From assembly GCA_038150265.1 (NCBI GenBank), contig JAYOTF010000019.1, forward strand, positions 1 to 63,794: a DNA stretch of 63,794 nt, in the 5' to 3' direction. Both the position numbers and the translations under genes were made by a program. Below the pieces are notes generated by a model. That model was not told the origin of the DNA. It ran no database searches and worked only from the letters and a program-made list of their open reading frames with translations. The stretch comes from Deltaproteobacteria bacterium. GTDB lineage: Bacteria; SAR324; NAC60-12. Below are positions 29,291 through 38,318 of this stretch, piece by piece (position 1 is the stretch's first letter; each line of letters starts with the position of its first letter).

Positions 29291-30607
29291 ATGCGCCTCT
29301 TTCTCATCGGCTGGAGCTACCGAACCACCCCGGTTGAAGTCCGGGATCGCCTCGCATTGACAGCGGAGCAGCAGGAGCAGCTGGCCCACCAACTTCGTCA
29401 GAAACTGCAGGCCCGGGAGGTGGTGATCCTCAGCACCTGCAACCGGACCGAGGTGGTGGTGGCCGGCATGCCAGCCGAGGCTTCAGCCCTGCTGGAGGAA
29501 CTGATCCGCTTCTGGGGCGTGCCGGAGCTGCAGGAAACGGCTTACACGGCGACCAACCTTCAGGCCGTGGAGCACCTCTTCCGAGTGGCGTCGAGCCTCG
29601 ACTCCATGGTGCTGGGAGAGCCGCAGATCCTGGGGCAGGTCAAGGAGGCGTTCCATCGCTTTCAGGAAGCCGGCTGGACGGGACGGCTGCTCAATCCGCT
29701 CTTTGCGAAGGTGTTTGCCACGGCCAAGCGGGTCCGGAGCGAGACCACCATTGCGGGAAGTGCGGTCTCCATCAGTTACGCGGCAGTGGAACTGGCCCGC
29801 CAGATCTTTGATGACCTGACGGAGCAGACGGTGATGATCGTGGGAGCCGGCGAGATGGCCGAGTTGGCCGTCAAGCACCTGATCCGGAATGGGTGCCGTC
29901 GCCTGTTGGTGGCCAACCGGACCTTTGCAAATGCCGCCCGCCTCGCTGAAGACTACCGAGGGGCGGCCATCCGGTTTGACCAGATTGGCGAGTACCTCGC
30001 AGATGCCGACATCATCCTCACTTCCACGGGCGCCCGTGAGCCGGTCATTACCGAATCGCTGGTCCGGCAGTCCCTGAAGAAACGCAAGGGCCGCCGCATG
30101 TTCTTCATCGACATCGCGGTGCCGCGAGACGTGGCTCCAGAGGTGAACCGCCTTCCGGACGTGTACTGCTTCGACATTGACGACCTGCAGAATGTGGTCA
30201 CCCAGAACCAGCAGGAACGGCAGCGGCAGGCAGAGCAGGCGGAGCAGATCGTTGAAGAAGAGGTGCGCTTGGTGGACCGCTGGTTTCAGTCCCTCTCAGC
30301 GGTTCCGGTGATCCGGTCGTTGCGAGAGAGCTACCATGAGATGGGGCAGCAGGAGCTGGAGAAGCTCCTCAAGCGCATGGGCCCGCTCTCGGAAAAGGAC
30401 CAGGAGGTCCTGACGCAGGGCATGCGGAGCTTCATCAACAAACTCCTCCACACCCCCACCTTGACCCTCCGGGAACGCAGCCAGCTTGAAGAGTTCCCCG
30501 TCTATGTTGACACCGTCCGAGACCTCTTTGACCTGCACGACCTGGAGTCGGATGGGGAAAAGAAGGCTCCGGAACCCCTCTTACGCCTGATCCAAAAGCC
30601 TGCATGA
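29291..30607 (+). CDS. hemA: Glutamyl-tRNA reductase
   Basis: STCNRTE, SLDSMVLGEPQILGQ, GAGEM, DIAVPRD. Confidence 0.96.
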   Translation: MRLFLIGWSYRTTPVEVRDRLALTAEQQEQLAHQLRQKLQAREVVILSTCNRTEVVVAGMPAEASALLEELIRFWGVPELQETAYTATNLQAVEHLFRVASSLDSMVLGEPQILGQVKEAFHRFQEAGWTGRLLNPLFAKVFATAKRVRSETTIAGSAVSISYAAVELARQIFDDLTEQTVMIVGAGEMAELAVKHLIRNGCRRLLVANRTFANAARLAEDYRGAAIRFDQIGEYLADADIILTSTGAREPVITESLVRQSLKKRKGRRMFFIDIAVPRDVAPEVNRLPDVYCFDIDDLQNVVTQNQQERQRQAEQAEQIVEEEVRLVDRWFQSLSAVPVIRSLRESYHEMGQQELEKLLKRMGPLSEKDQEVLTQGMRSFINKLLHTPTLTLRERSQLEEFPVYVDTVRDLFDLHDLESDGEKKAPEPLLRLIQKPA

Positions 30608-31533
30608 CTGATTGCTTGCGCATTGCCACCCGAGCGAGCCGCCTCGCCCTCTGGCAAGCAGAATGGGTTCGCGCCGGCATCCTGCAAGCGCACCCGCACC
30701 TGACCGTGGAACTGGTGACCCTCACGACCCGAGGGGACCAGATCCTTGACCGCCCCCTGGCCGCGATTGGAGGCAAGGGCCTCTTCATCAAGGAACTCGA
30801 AGACGCCCTGCTAGACGGACGGGCCGACCTGGCCGTCCATAGCATGAAAGACGTCATGGCGTTTCTCCCAGACGGCCTGGAAATTTCTCTCATCACGGAA
30901 CGCGACCACCCCGGAGATGCGTGGGTGTCTCCGAATTATGCGGCACTCGACGAGCTTCCGGAGGGGGCTGTGGTGGGAACCAGCTCCCTGCGCCGCGCCG
31001 CGCAGCTCAAGCATGCGCGTCCGGACGTGGAAATCAAAACCCTGCGTGGGAACGTGGAGACCCGCCTCCGCAAGGTCCATGAGGGGGAGTATGATGCCGC
31101 TGTCCTGGCGGTTTCCGGACTGAAGCGTCTGGAGCTGGGCCATGAAATCCGCACGGTCTTGCCCCAAAGCCTGATGCTTCCTGCCATTGCTCAAGGGGCC
31201 ATTGGAATTGAAACGCGTGTCGGCGATGCCGAGACCCTGCGCTGGCTGGAACACCTGGAGCACGCGGCGACCCGAGACTGTGTTCTTGCGGAACGTGAGG
31301 TGCTGGCCGTGCTGGAAGGCAACTGTCAGGTCCCACTCGCCGGCTTTGCGGAGCTGCACCAGGATCAGCTTCACCTGGAAGCCCGGGTGGGGTCTCCGGA
31401 TGGCACCACCCTGCTCAAGGCCCAGGCCACGGCGCCGCGTCAGCAGGCGGTGGAACTGGGCCGGGCGGTGGCGCATCAGCTGCTGGACCAAGGCGGCGCA
31501 GCCCTCCTGCAGCAGTTTTCCGGACACGCTTGA
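30604..31533 (+). CDS. hemC: Porphobilinogen deaminase
   Basis: IATRASRLALWQA, GGKGLFIKELE, VHSMKD, GTSSLRR, LEGNCQVP. Confidence 0.96.
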   Translation: MTDCLRIATRASRLALWQAEWVRAGILQAHPHLTVELVTLTTRGDQILDRPLAAIGGKGLFIKELEDALLDGRADLAVHSMKDVMAFLPDGLEISLITERDHPGDAWVSPNYAALDELPEGAVVGTSSLRRAAQLKHARPDVEIKTLRGNVETRLRKVHEGEYDAAVLAVSGLKRLELGHEIRTVLPQSLMLPAIAQGAIGIETRVGDAETLRWLEHLEHAATRDCVLAEREVLAVLEGNCQVPLAGFAELHQDQLHLEARVGSPDGTTLLKAQATAPRQQAVELGRAVAHQLLDQGGAALLQQFSGHA

Positions 31534-31571
31534 CTTGCCCCCGCCACTTTCTCTTTCCCTGAAGCCTCTCC

Positions 31572-32930
31572 ATGTCTGAATCTCCCTGGAAAATTGCAAT
31601 TGTGGGTTCTGGTCCGTCTGCCTTTTATGCGGCGCAGGAACTGCTCAAGCAGCCTGAAGGCACCCTGGCTGTGGATATGTTTGAACGCCTCCCAACGCCC
31701 TATGGCCTCGTCCGAGGCGGCGTGGCTCCGGATCACCAGAAGATCAAGTCCGTGACCAAGATTTTTGAACGGATTGCCCTCAAGCCCGGGTTCCGGTTTT
31801 TTGGAAATGTGGAGTTTGGGCAAGACGTCACGCGCGCCGATCTGCTGGAGCACTACGATGCGGTGCTCTACGCCGTGGGAAGCAGCGCCGACCGCAAGCT
31901 GGGCATTCCGGGAGAAGCGCTCTCCGGGGTGCATTCTGCCACCGAGTTTGTGGCGTGGTACAACGGGCATCCGGACTTCCGGAACCTGTCGTTCAACCTG
32001 CAGGCGAAGGCCGCGGTGGTGATCGGAGTCGGAAACGTCGCTGTGGACGTGGCCCGGATCCTTTCACACACGCCCGAGGAACTCGCCCAAACGGACATTG
32101 CCCCGTACGCCCTGGAGGCGCTGCAGCACAACGCGCTGGAAGACATCTACCTCATTGGGCGCCGAGGCCCCGTTCAGGCGGCCTTCACCCCCACCGAAGC
32201 CCGGGAGCTGGGAGAGCTGCCTCTGGTGGACACCGTGGTTGACCCGAAGGACCTGGACCTGGATGAAGCGTCTCAGGCTGAGCTGGCCACGGCCGGCCGG
32301 CAGACGGAGCAGAACCTGGAGATCCTCCGGACCCTCTCCACCCGCTCCCTGACGGGCAAGCCCAAGCGCCTGCATTTGGTCTTCTGCGCGTCTCCAACGG
32401 AGCTGCTGGGGCAGGACTCCCTGGAGACCGTCCGGCTCATCCGGAACCGGCTGGAAGCCTCCAATGGACGGACCCGGGCGGTTGCGACTGACGACTCGTT
32501 TGACCTGTCGGCCCAGTTGGTCTTCCGGGCCGTGGGGTACCGGGGCCTCCCGCTTCCGGATGTGGCATTTGACGAGCGCTCCGCGACCATTCCTCATGAA
32601 AAGGGGAGGGTCCTCAACCCGGAAAACAACCAGCGCGAGTACGTTGCCGGCTGGATCAAGCGGGGCCCCAGCGGCGTGGTGGGAACGAACAAGCCCTGTG
32701 CGGTCGAGTCGGTGCAGACGATGCTCCGAACCATCAATGAGCAGGGGTGGAGCCCGAAAGCGGCCCGAGACGTGGTGGAGCTGCTGCAGGAGCGGAACCT
32801 CTCGTTTGTCAGCTTTGACGACTGGAAGCGCATTGACGCCCATGAGGTGGCTGCAGGAGAACCACTGGGTCGCCCGCGTCTCAAATTGACTGACCCGGAG
32901 GAACTCCTTCGGGTGGCGCATGCGGCCTAG
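31572..32930 (+). CDS. Ferredoxin--NADP+ reductase, FprA/adrenodoxin-reductase type
   Basis: GSGPSA, PYGLVRGGVAPDH, FVAWYNGHP, GVGNVAVD, GWIKRGPSGVVGTN. Confidence 0.88.
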   Translation: MSESPWKIAIVGSGPSAFYAAQELLKQPEGTLAVDMFERLPTPYGLVRGGVAPDHQKIKSVTKIFERIALKPGFRFFGNVEFGQDVTRADLLEHYDAVLYAVGSSADRKLGIPGEALSGVHSATEFVAWYNGHPDFRNLSFNLQAKAAVVIGVGNVAVDVARILSHTPEELAQTDIAPYALEALQHNALEDIYLIGRRGPVQAAFTPTEARELGELPLVDTVVDPKDLDLDEASQAELATAGRQTEQNLEILRTLSTRSLTGKPKRLHLVFCASPTELLGQDSLETVRLIRNRLEASNGRTRAVATDDSFDLSAQLVFRAVGYRGLPLPDVAFDERSATIPHEKGRVLNPENNQREYVAGWIKRGPSGVVGTNKPCAVESVQTMLRTINEQGWSPKAARDVVELLQERNLSFVSFDDWKRIDAHEVAAGEPLGRPRLKLTDPEELLRVAHAA

Positions 32931-32968
32931 CCCATGCCCTTTTTCCTGTCCTTGCACAAGGAGCCTTC

Positions 32969-33754
32969 ATGCGTCCGAATCGCCTCCGAGAACGGTGGGA
33001 AGCCGACCAACCGGTTTACAACGGCTGGCTCAGCATTCCCCACAGCCTTTCTGCTGAAATCATGGCCCACCAGGGCTTTGACTCCATTACGCTGGACCTG
33101 CAGCATGGGATGATCGACTACTCGGACGCTGTCCCGATGCTGGTGTCGCTCTCGACCACCGAGACGGTTCCGATGTGCCGGGTGCCCTGGAACGACCCCG
33201 GCATCCTCATGAAGATGCTGGACGCCGGATGCTACGGCATCATCTGTCCGATGATCAACTCGGTGGAGGAAGCCCAGAGGCTGGTGGCGGCCACACGTTA
33301 CCCACCGCTGGGAAGCCGGAGCTACGGACCCATTCGCGCCTCCCTCTATGCGGGGAAGGACTATGGCACGCAGGCCAACACGACGGTGGTCATCCTGGCC
33401 ATGATCGAAACCCGGGACGCGCTGGAGCGAGTTGAAGAGATTGTCGCTGTTCCGGGAATCGATGGGCTCTACATTGGCCCGAACGACCTGGCGCTCTCCC
33501 TGGGCCTGGAGGCGCATTTTGATTCGGAGGAGCCGCTGATGCTGGAGGCCATTGAGCGCATCCTGAAGGCGGCTCGGAGTCAGGGAAAGCAGGCGGGCAT
33601 TCACTGTGGCAGTACCGCCTATGCCCGGCGCATGGTGGCCCAGGGCTTCCGGCTGGTTACCGTGGGCTCGGATGCACGCTTCATGGCCAGCGGCGCAGCG
33701 GAGACGCTCCGGGAGCTTCGAGATGGAGCCACCGGCACCGAACTGGCGTACTGA
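32969..33754 (+). CDS. HpcH/HpaI class II aldolase family protein
   Basis: DLQHG, LDAG..GIICPM, AMIET, IGPNDL. Confidence 0.88.
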   Translation: MRPNRLRERWEADQPVYNGWLSIPHSLSAEIMAHQGFDSITLDLQHGMIDYSDAVPMLVSLSTTETVPMCRVPWNDPGILMKMLDAGCYGIICPMINSVEEAQRLVAATRYPPLGSRSYGPIRASLYAGKDYGTQANTTVVILAMIETRDALERVEEIVAVPGIDGLYIGPNDLALSLGLEAHFDSEEPLMLEAIERILKAARSQGKQAGIHCGSTAYARRMVAQGFRLVTVGSDARFMASGAAETLRELRDGATGTELAY

Positions 33755-33850
33755 GCCAACGGGCGTTGCGACGCTTCCGAATTTCCGATACCCTAACGGT
33801 TCACCCTCAAAAGTACTTTTGCTAGAACGACCTTCTCAAATGGAGTTGAG

Positions 33851-34264
33851 ATGCTGCGATTGAAGACATGGATGATTTCTGGAGCCCTCCTGAGCGTCCT
33901 GCTGACTGGAGTCCCCTCGCGTCCTGCCCAGGCTCAGGAACTCAAGAGTGTCTTTCAAAACACCCTCTGGGGCGGAGCCATTGGAGGCGTTGTCGGCGCC
34001 GCTTCCTGGGCGCTTCAGGATGAGGACAAGGAAGACAAGCTCTTTTCCAAGTACATGGTCCGAGGCGCTGCGATTGGTGTGCTCGGCGGCATGCTGTACG
34101 GCTTTGTGGCCAACGCCAGCAACGACCCCTTTGCTCAGGCTCCGGGACTGCTGAACGGGATCGACGGCGAATGGGCCTGGCACCCGGAAGCGCTGGTGCC
34201 CCAGACGCAGTGGACCCAAGCTGGGGCGCGCCATGAACTCACCCTCCTGCGGAGTCAATTCTGA
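33851..34264 (+). CDS. Hypothetical exported/membrane protein with glycine-zipper helices
   Basis: Signal peptide ending in AQA, GGAIGGVVG and GAAIGVLGG segments, stop overlaps the rfbB start. Confidence 0.6.
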   Translation: MLRLKTWMISGALLSVLLTGVPSRPAQAQELKSVFQNTLWGGAIGGVVGAASWALQDEDKEDKLFSKYMVRGAAIGVLGGMLYGFVANASNDPFAQAPGLLNGIDGEWAWHPEALVPQTQWTQAGARHELTLLRSQF

Positions 34265-35313
34265 TGCGGGTTCTGATTACCGGCGGAGCCGGCTTCATTG
34301 GCAGCAACCTCGTGCACCACTGGCTCCGGGAGCATCCGGAAGACGAGGTCATCAACCTGGACGCCCTCACCTATGCCGGTAATCTGGCCAACCTGAAAAG
34401 CATTGAGTCCGCGCCCAACTACCACTTTGTGCAGGGGGATCTGCGCCAGCGGGCCAGCCTGGAGCAGGTGTTTGAGCAGCATCAGATCGAAGGCGTGGTG
34501 CACCTGGCGGCCGAGTCTCATGTGGACCGGAGCATCTCCGGACCAGCGGACTTCATTGAGACCAACGTCCAGGGAACCTTCAATCTGCTGGAAACGGCCC
34601 GGGCGTTCTGGAAGGACGACCTGGCTGCCCATCGGTTTCATCATGTCAGCACCGACGAGGTGTTTGGCTCCCTCGGTCCGGAAGGGTTCTTTGACGAAAC
34701 CACACCGTATGCCCCCAACTCCCCCTACTCGGCCTCCAAAGCAGCTTCCGATCACCTCGTCCGTGCCTGGCATCACACCTATGGCATGAACGTGGTGACC
34801 ACGAATTGCTCCAATAATTATGGGCCGTATCACTTTCCGGAGAAGCTGATTCCGCTGCTGATCAACAACTGCCTCGAGAAGAAACCGATCCCGGTTTATG
34901 GAGACGGCAGCAACGTGCGGGACTGGCTATTTGTGGAAGACCACTGTGCGGCGATCGACCTGGTGTTCCATCAGGGAACAGCGGGGGAGACCTATGCGAT
35001 TGGGGGGCATAACGAGTGGAAGAACCTCGATATTGTGAAGCTGGTCTGCCGCCTGCTGGACCAGGAGCTGGGACGCTCCGGAGCCGAGTCTTGCCTGAAT
35101 CTGATTACCTTCGTCAAGGACCGGCCCGGACACGATCAGCGCTACGCGATTGATGCGTCAAAGGTTGAGCAGGAACTGGGTTGGGCGCCTCAGCACACCT
35201 TTGAGTCCGGAATTGCCAAAACCGTCCGGTGGTACCTCGACCATCAGGACTGGGTCCGTGAAGTCACCTCCGGAGCCTACCGCGAGTACTATGCTCAGCA
35301 GTACGCCGCGTGA
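34264..35313 (+). CDS. rfbB: dTDP-glucose 4,6-dehydratase
   Basis: GGAGFIG, LTYAGN, AAESHVDRSI, STDEV, YSASK, DRPGHD. Confidence 0.96.
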   Translation: MRVLITGGAGFIGSNLVHHWLREHPEDEVINLDALTYAGNLANLKSIESAPNYHFVQGDLRQRASLEQVFEQHQIEGVVHLAAESHVDRSISGPADFIETNVQGTFNLLETARAFWKDDLAAHRFHHVSTDEVFGSLGPEGFFDETTPYAPNSPYSASKAASDHLVRAWHHTYGMNVVTTNCSNNYGPYHFPEKLIPLLINNCLEKKPIPVYGDGSNVRDWLFVEDHCAAIDLVFHQGTAGETYAIGGHNEWKNLDIVKLVCRLLDQELGRSGAESCLNLITFVKDRPGHDQRYAIDASKVEQELGWAPQHTFESGIAKTVRWYLDHQDWVREVTSGAYREYYAQQYAA

Positions 35314-36261
35314 TCACGGCTTGTAGCCACTGAAGAGCAGCACCTGGAAGATGTCTTCTCGTCCGGGCATCAGGGTTTCCGAGTGGAGCGGAATCAGCCC
35401 GGCTTCCTCGAGCATCTGGGTCAGGTTGGCTTCTGTGAAGCCGAGCCACTGGTGCCCCAGCTTTTCCTGAACCCACAGCTCCTGGTGGGCAGCAAGTTCC
35501 ATGACCAGCACCCGCCCTCCCGGGCGCAGCACCCGCGCCGCCTCGCGAAACCCGCTCATGGGGTCGTGGAGGTGATGCAGGGACTGAGAAAATACCACCA
35601 CATCCAGGCTCTCCGATTCCAACGTCAGGGCATTGACGTTGCACCCCAACAACTCGACATGCGGCATCTGCAGGCGCTCAACCCGCTGTCGAGTTGCGGC
35701 CAGGGCAGCGGGGTTGTAGTCCACTGCCACCACCCGCGAGGCAAACCGGGCCATTTCAATCGTCAGGGTCCCGTCTCCGCATCCGAGGTCCGCAATCTCC
35801 ACTCCAGACGGCACCATTCGCTCTCCGTCAGGCATGGGAGCCATCAGCAAGGCCAGGAGCCGTGACCAGGCATACCACGACTGTCCGGGCTCCAGGAGCC
35901 GCTCGTTGAGGCCAGAGGTGCTGGGCCGGCGCTGGCGCAAGATGGTCTCGAGCCGGACCAGGTCGTTGTAGGGATCATTGAGCGTCGCCAGTTGCGTGTG
36001 GAGGTAGTCCCACAGAGTGCCCAGGTCTTCATCGAGGGCCTCCTTCTGAGCGAGCTGGTAATAGGTCCAGACGCCGTCACGCTGTTCCTGGAGTAGCCCC
36101 ATCTTTCTCAAGTGACTGAGGTGCCGGGAAATTCCGGACTGGGCCATGCCGAGGATGCTGGTTAATTCGCTCACATTGAGAGGCGTTCGAGACACCAGGA
36201 CAAGGATGCGAAGCCGTGTTTCTTCACCAAGGATGCGCAAGACCCGGGCAATCTTGTTCAT
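35314..36261 (-). CDS. ArsR-HTH / SAM-methyltransferase-fold fusion regulator (SahR-like; alternative start 36276)
   Basis: ETRLRIL..VSEL..QSGISRHL HTH fused to ADLGCGDG and SLHH..EAARVLRPGG. Confidence 0.82.
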   Translation of the reverse strand: MNKIARVLRILGEETRLRILVLVSRTPLNVSELTSILGMAQSGISRHLSHLRKMGLLQEQRDGVWTYYQLAQKEALDEDLGTLWDYLHTQLATLNDPYNDLVRLETILRQRRPSTSGLNERLLEPGQSWYAWSRLLALLMAPMPDGERMVPSGVEIADLGCGDGTLTIEMARFASRVVAVDYNPAALAATRQRVERLQMPHVELLGCNVNALTLESESLDVVVFSQSLHHLHDPMSGFREAARVLRPGGRVLVMELAAHQELWVQEKLGHQWLGFTEANLTQMLEEAGLIPLHSETLMPGREDIFQVLLFSGYKP

Positions 36262-36363
36262 GAATCTTTCCTGCATTGAGGTCGACTGTAACCGAACGAG
36301 CATACCGCACTTCCCGGTGAACACAATAGACGGATTCACCGGTGACGGACGCGCAGAGGCACC

Positions 36364-36855
36364 GTGCTGCTGATCAGCAGCCTCTTGCTGGGGGCGGTAT
36401 TGGGAAGTGTGCTGGGAAGCTTTGCGCAGGCGACCGCTGAGCGCTGGCGCTTGCAGTGGTTTTGCCCCCAGGAGAAGCAGCGCCTGCTGGAGCATCCGGA
36501 GACACCAGAGGTGTTACGTGTGGCGCTGGCGGCAGGGAAGCTGTCGCCATGGCACCCGGCGCGTTCCTTCTGCTTTGCCTGCGGGGCAACGATTCGGTGG
36601 CACGAGAACCTGCCCCTGTGGAGTGCGTGGCGGCAACGGTTCCGGTGTCGCCACTGTGGCGCGTCCTTTTCCCGGAAGACCCTCTGGGTGGAGGGGCTGC
36701 ACCTTGTGGTGGGAGCCGGAGGCGGAGCCGTTGGCGCGCTACCGGGCGCGTGGGTGGGAAGCTTCGGCTTTTCATTTCTGTTCATTGCCGGATACTTGCT
36801 CGTAGCGGCCGCCCAGTCTCACTTTGTACGTACCCAATCACGCTCGTCTTCATGA
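36364..36855 (+). CDS. Prepilin peptidase (A24) N-terminal Zn-binding domain only
   Basis: GAVLGSVLGSF, RSFCFACG..IRWHENLPLWS..FRCRHCG. The ORF ends before any peptidase domain. Confidence 0.65.
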   Translation: MLLISSLLLGAVLGSVLGSFAQATAERWRLQWFCPQEKQRLLEHPETPEVLRVALAAGKLSPWHPARSFCFACGATIRWHENLPLWSAWRQRFRCRHCGASFSRKTLWVEGLHLVVGAGGGAVGALPGAWVGSFGFSFLFIAGYLLVAAAQSHFVRTQSRSSS

Positions 36856-37844
36856 AACGGATCGCCTTCCTCTTCCTAAAAATTGGCTTTGTTGGCGCGA
36901 TCCTGTTCTACCTGGTGGAAAGTGGACGGCTGAACTTTGAGCGCCTCCTGCTGTTTCAAGAGGCTCCGGGGGTGCTGCTGCTGATGCTGGCCGTGCTGGC
37001 CCTGATGGTGGTGCCAATGACGGCGATGCGCTGGTGGCTGCTGCTCCGGGCGATTGGCCTGCAGGTGCCGCCCCTGCGGACGTTTTTGCTGACGTGGATC
37101 GGGAACTTCTTCAACACTACCCTCCCCGGCGCGGTGACCGGAGATGTGGTCAAGGGGTACTACATCATCCGCTCACAGCAGGAAGAGGGCCGGACTCGTG
37201 CCTTCATGACCCTCCTGATTGATCGATTCGTGGGGCTGTTTGGGCTGATCTTCATGGCATTTGGCGCCCTGGTGGCGAACCTGAACCTGATCCTGGCGCG
37301 GCAATCGCTGCATTCGTTGGCCTGGCTGATCACCGGGCTGTTTGGAGGAACCCTGGTGTTTTATGCGATTGCGCTCTTTCCCTTTCGGGAGGGCCGGGAT
37401 CCGTTTGTGCGCCTCCTGCAGCGGCTTCCCGGAAGCGCCTTCACGCTCAAGGTGTACCACGCCTTCAAGAGCTACCAGTACCGCAAGCCGACCCTGCTGG
37501 CGACGTTGCTCCTGGCCATTGCGATTCATTCCCTGATTGCCCTGCTGTTCTTCCAGGCCGCTCAGCTGCTGGGCATTGGTGGGCTGGATCTGGCGACCCA
37601 GTTCTTCATCATGCCCATCGGCCTGATCACGGTGTCCCTTCCGATTGCGCCCGGAGGCGTGGGAGTGGGGCATGCGGCATTTGAATCGCTCTACCACCTG
37701 GTCGGCCTCAACGGAGGCGCCGATGTCTTCAACCTCTTCATTGTGGTGCAGCTCGGTGTGTACCTGCTGGGCGGGATTCCCTACTTCCTGTATGGACAGA
37801 GCTACCGGGTGCCTGAGCAGGAAGACTCGTCTGAAACCACCTGA
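36852..37844 (+). CDS. Lysylphosphatidylglycerol synthase TM-domain (flippase-like, UPF0104) protein
   Basis: RWWLLL, GNFFNTTLPGAVTGD, DR, PIAPGGVGV. Confidence 0.82.
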   Translation: MKRIAFLFLKIGFVGAILFYLVESGRLNFERLLLFQEAPGVLLLMLAVLALMVVPMTAMRWWLLLRAIGLQVPPLRTFLLTWIGNFFNTTLPGAVTGDVVKGYYIIRSQQEEGRTRAFMTLLIDRFVGLFGLIFMAFGALVANLNLILARQSLHSLAWLITGLFGGTLVFYAIALFPFREGRDPFVRLLQRLPGSAFTLKVYHAFKSYQYRKPTLLATLLLAIAIHSLIALLFFQAAQLLGIGGLDLATQFFIMPIGLITVSLPIAPGGVGVGHAAFESLYHLVGLNGGADVFNLFIVVQLGVYLLGGIPYFLYGQSYRVPEQEDSSETT

Positions 37845-37871
37845 GCCCGCGTCCTTACCTTCGGAGAACCC

Positions 37872-38318
37872 ATGCCTCAGCGCCAACTACCGGCCAAAAA
37901 GCACATTGCCCTGATTGCCCATGATTCCAAAAAACCGGAGCTGCTGAGTTGGGTCTCGCAGCATCGTTCGCAACTGGAGCAGCACCACCTCTGTGCCACG
38001 GGAACCACCGGCAAGCTCATTGAGAAGCAGCTGAGCCTGCCCGTGTTTCGTTTTCAGAGTGGCCCCCTGGGAGGCGATCAGCAGATTGGCGCGGCCATCA
38101 CAGAGGGGCAGATCGACATGGTCGTGTTCTTCTGGGATCCGCTGGAGGCGCAGCCGCATGATCCGGACGTCAAGGCGCTGCTGCGGCTGGCGGCGGTTTG
38201 GAACATCCCCCTGGCCTGCAACAGCGTCACAGCCGACTTCCTCATCCACTCCGAGCTTTTCAACCAGGAGCTGATGCGCGAGGTTCCGGACTTCACATCC
38301 TACCTGGAACGGCTCTAG
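37872..38318 (+). CDS. mgsA: Methylglyoxal synthase
   Basis: IALIAHD, ATGTTG, SGPLGGDQQIG, FFWDP, PHDPDV. Confidence 0.96.
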   Translation: MPQRQLPAKKHIALIAHDSKKPELLSWVSQHRSQLEQHHLCATGTTGKLIEKQLSLPVFRFQSGPLGGDQQIGAAITEGQIDMVVFFWDPLEAQPHDPDVKALLRLAAVWNIPLACNSVTADFLIHSELFNQELMREVPDFTSYLERL

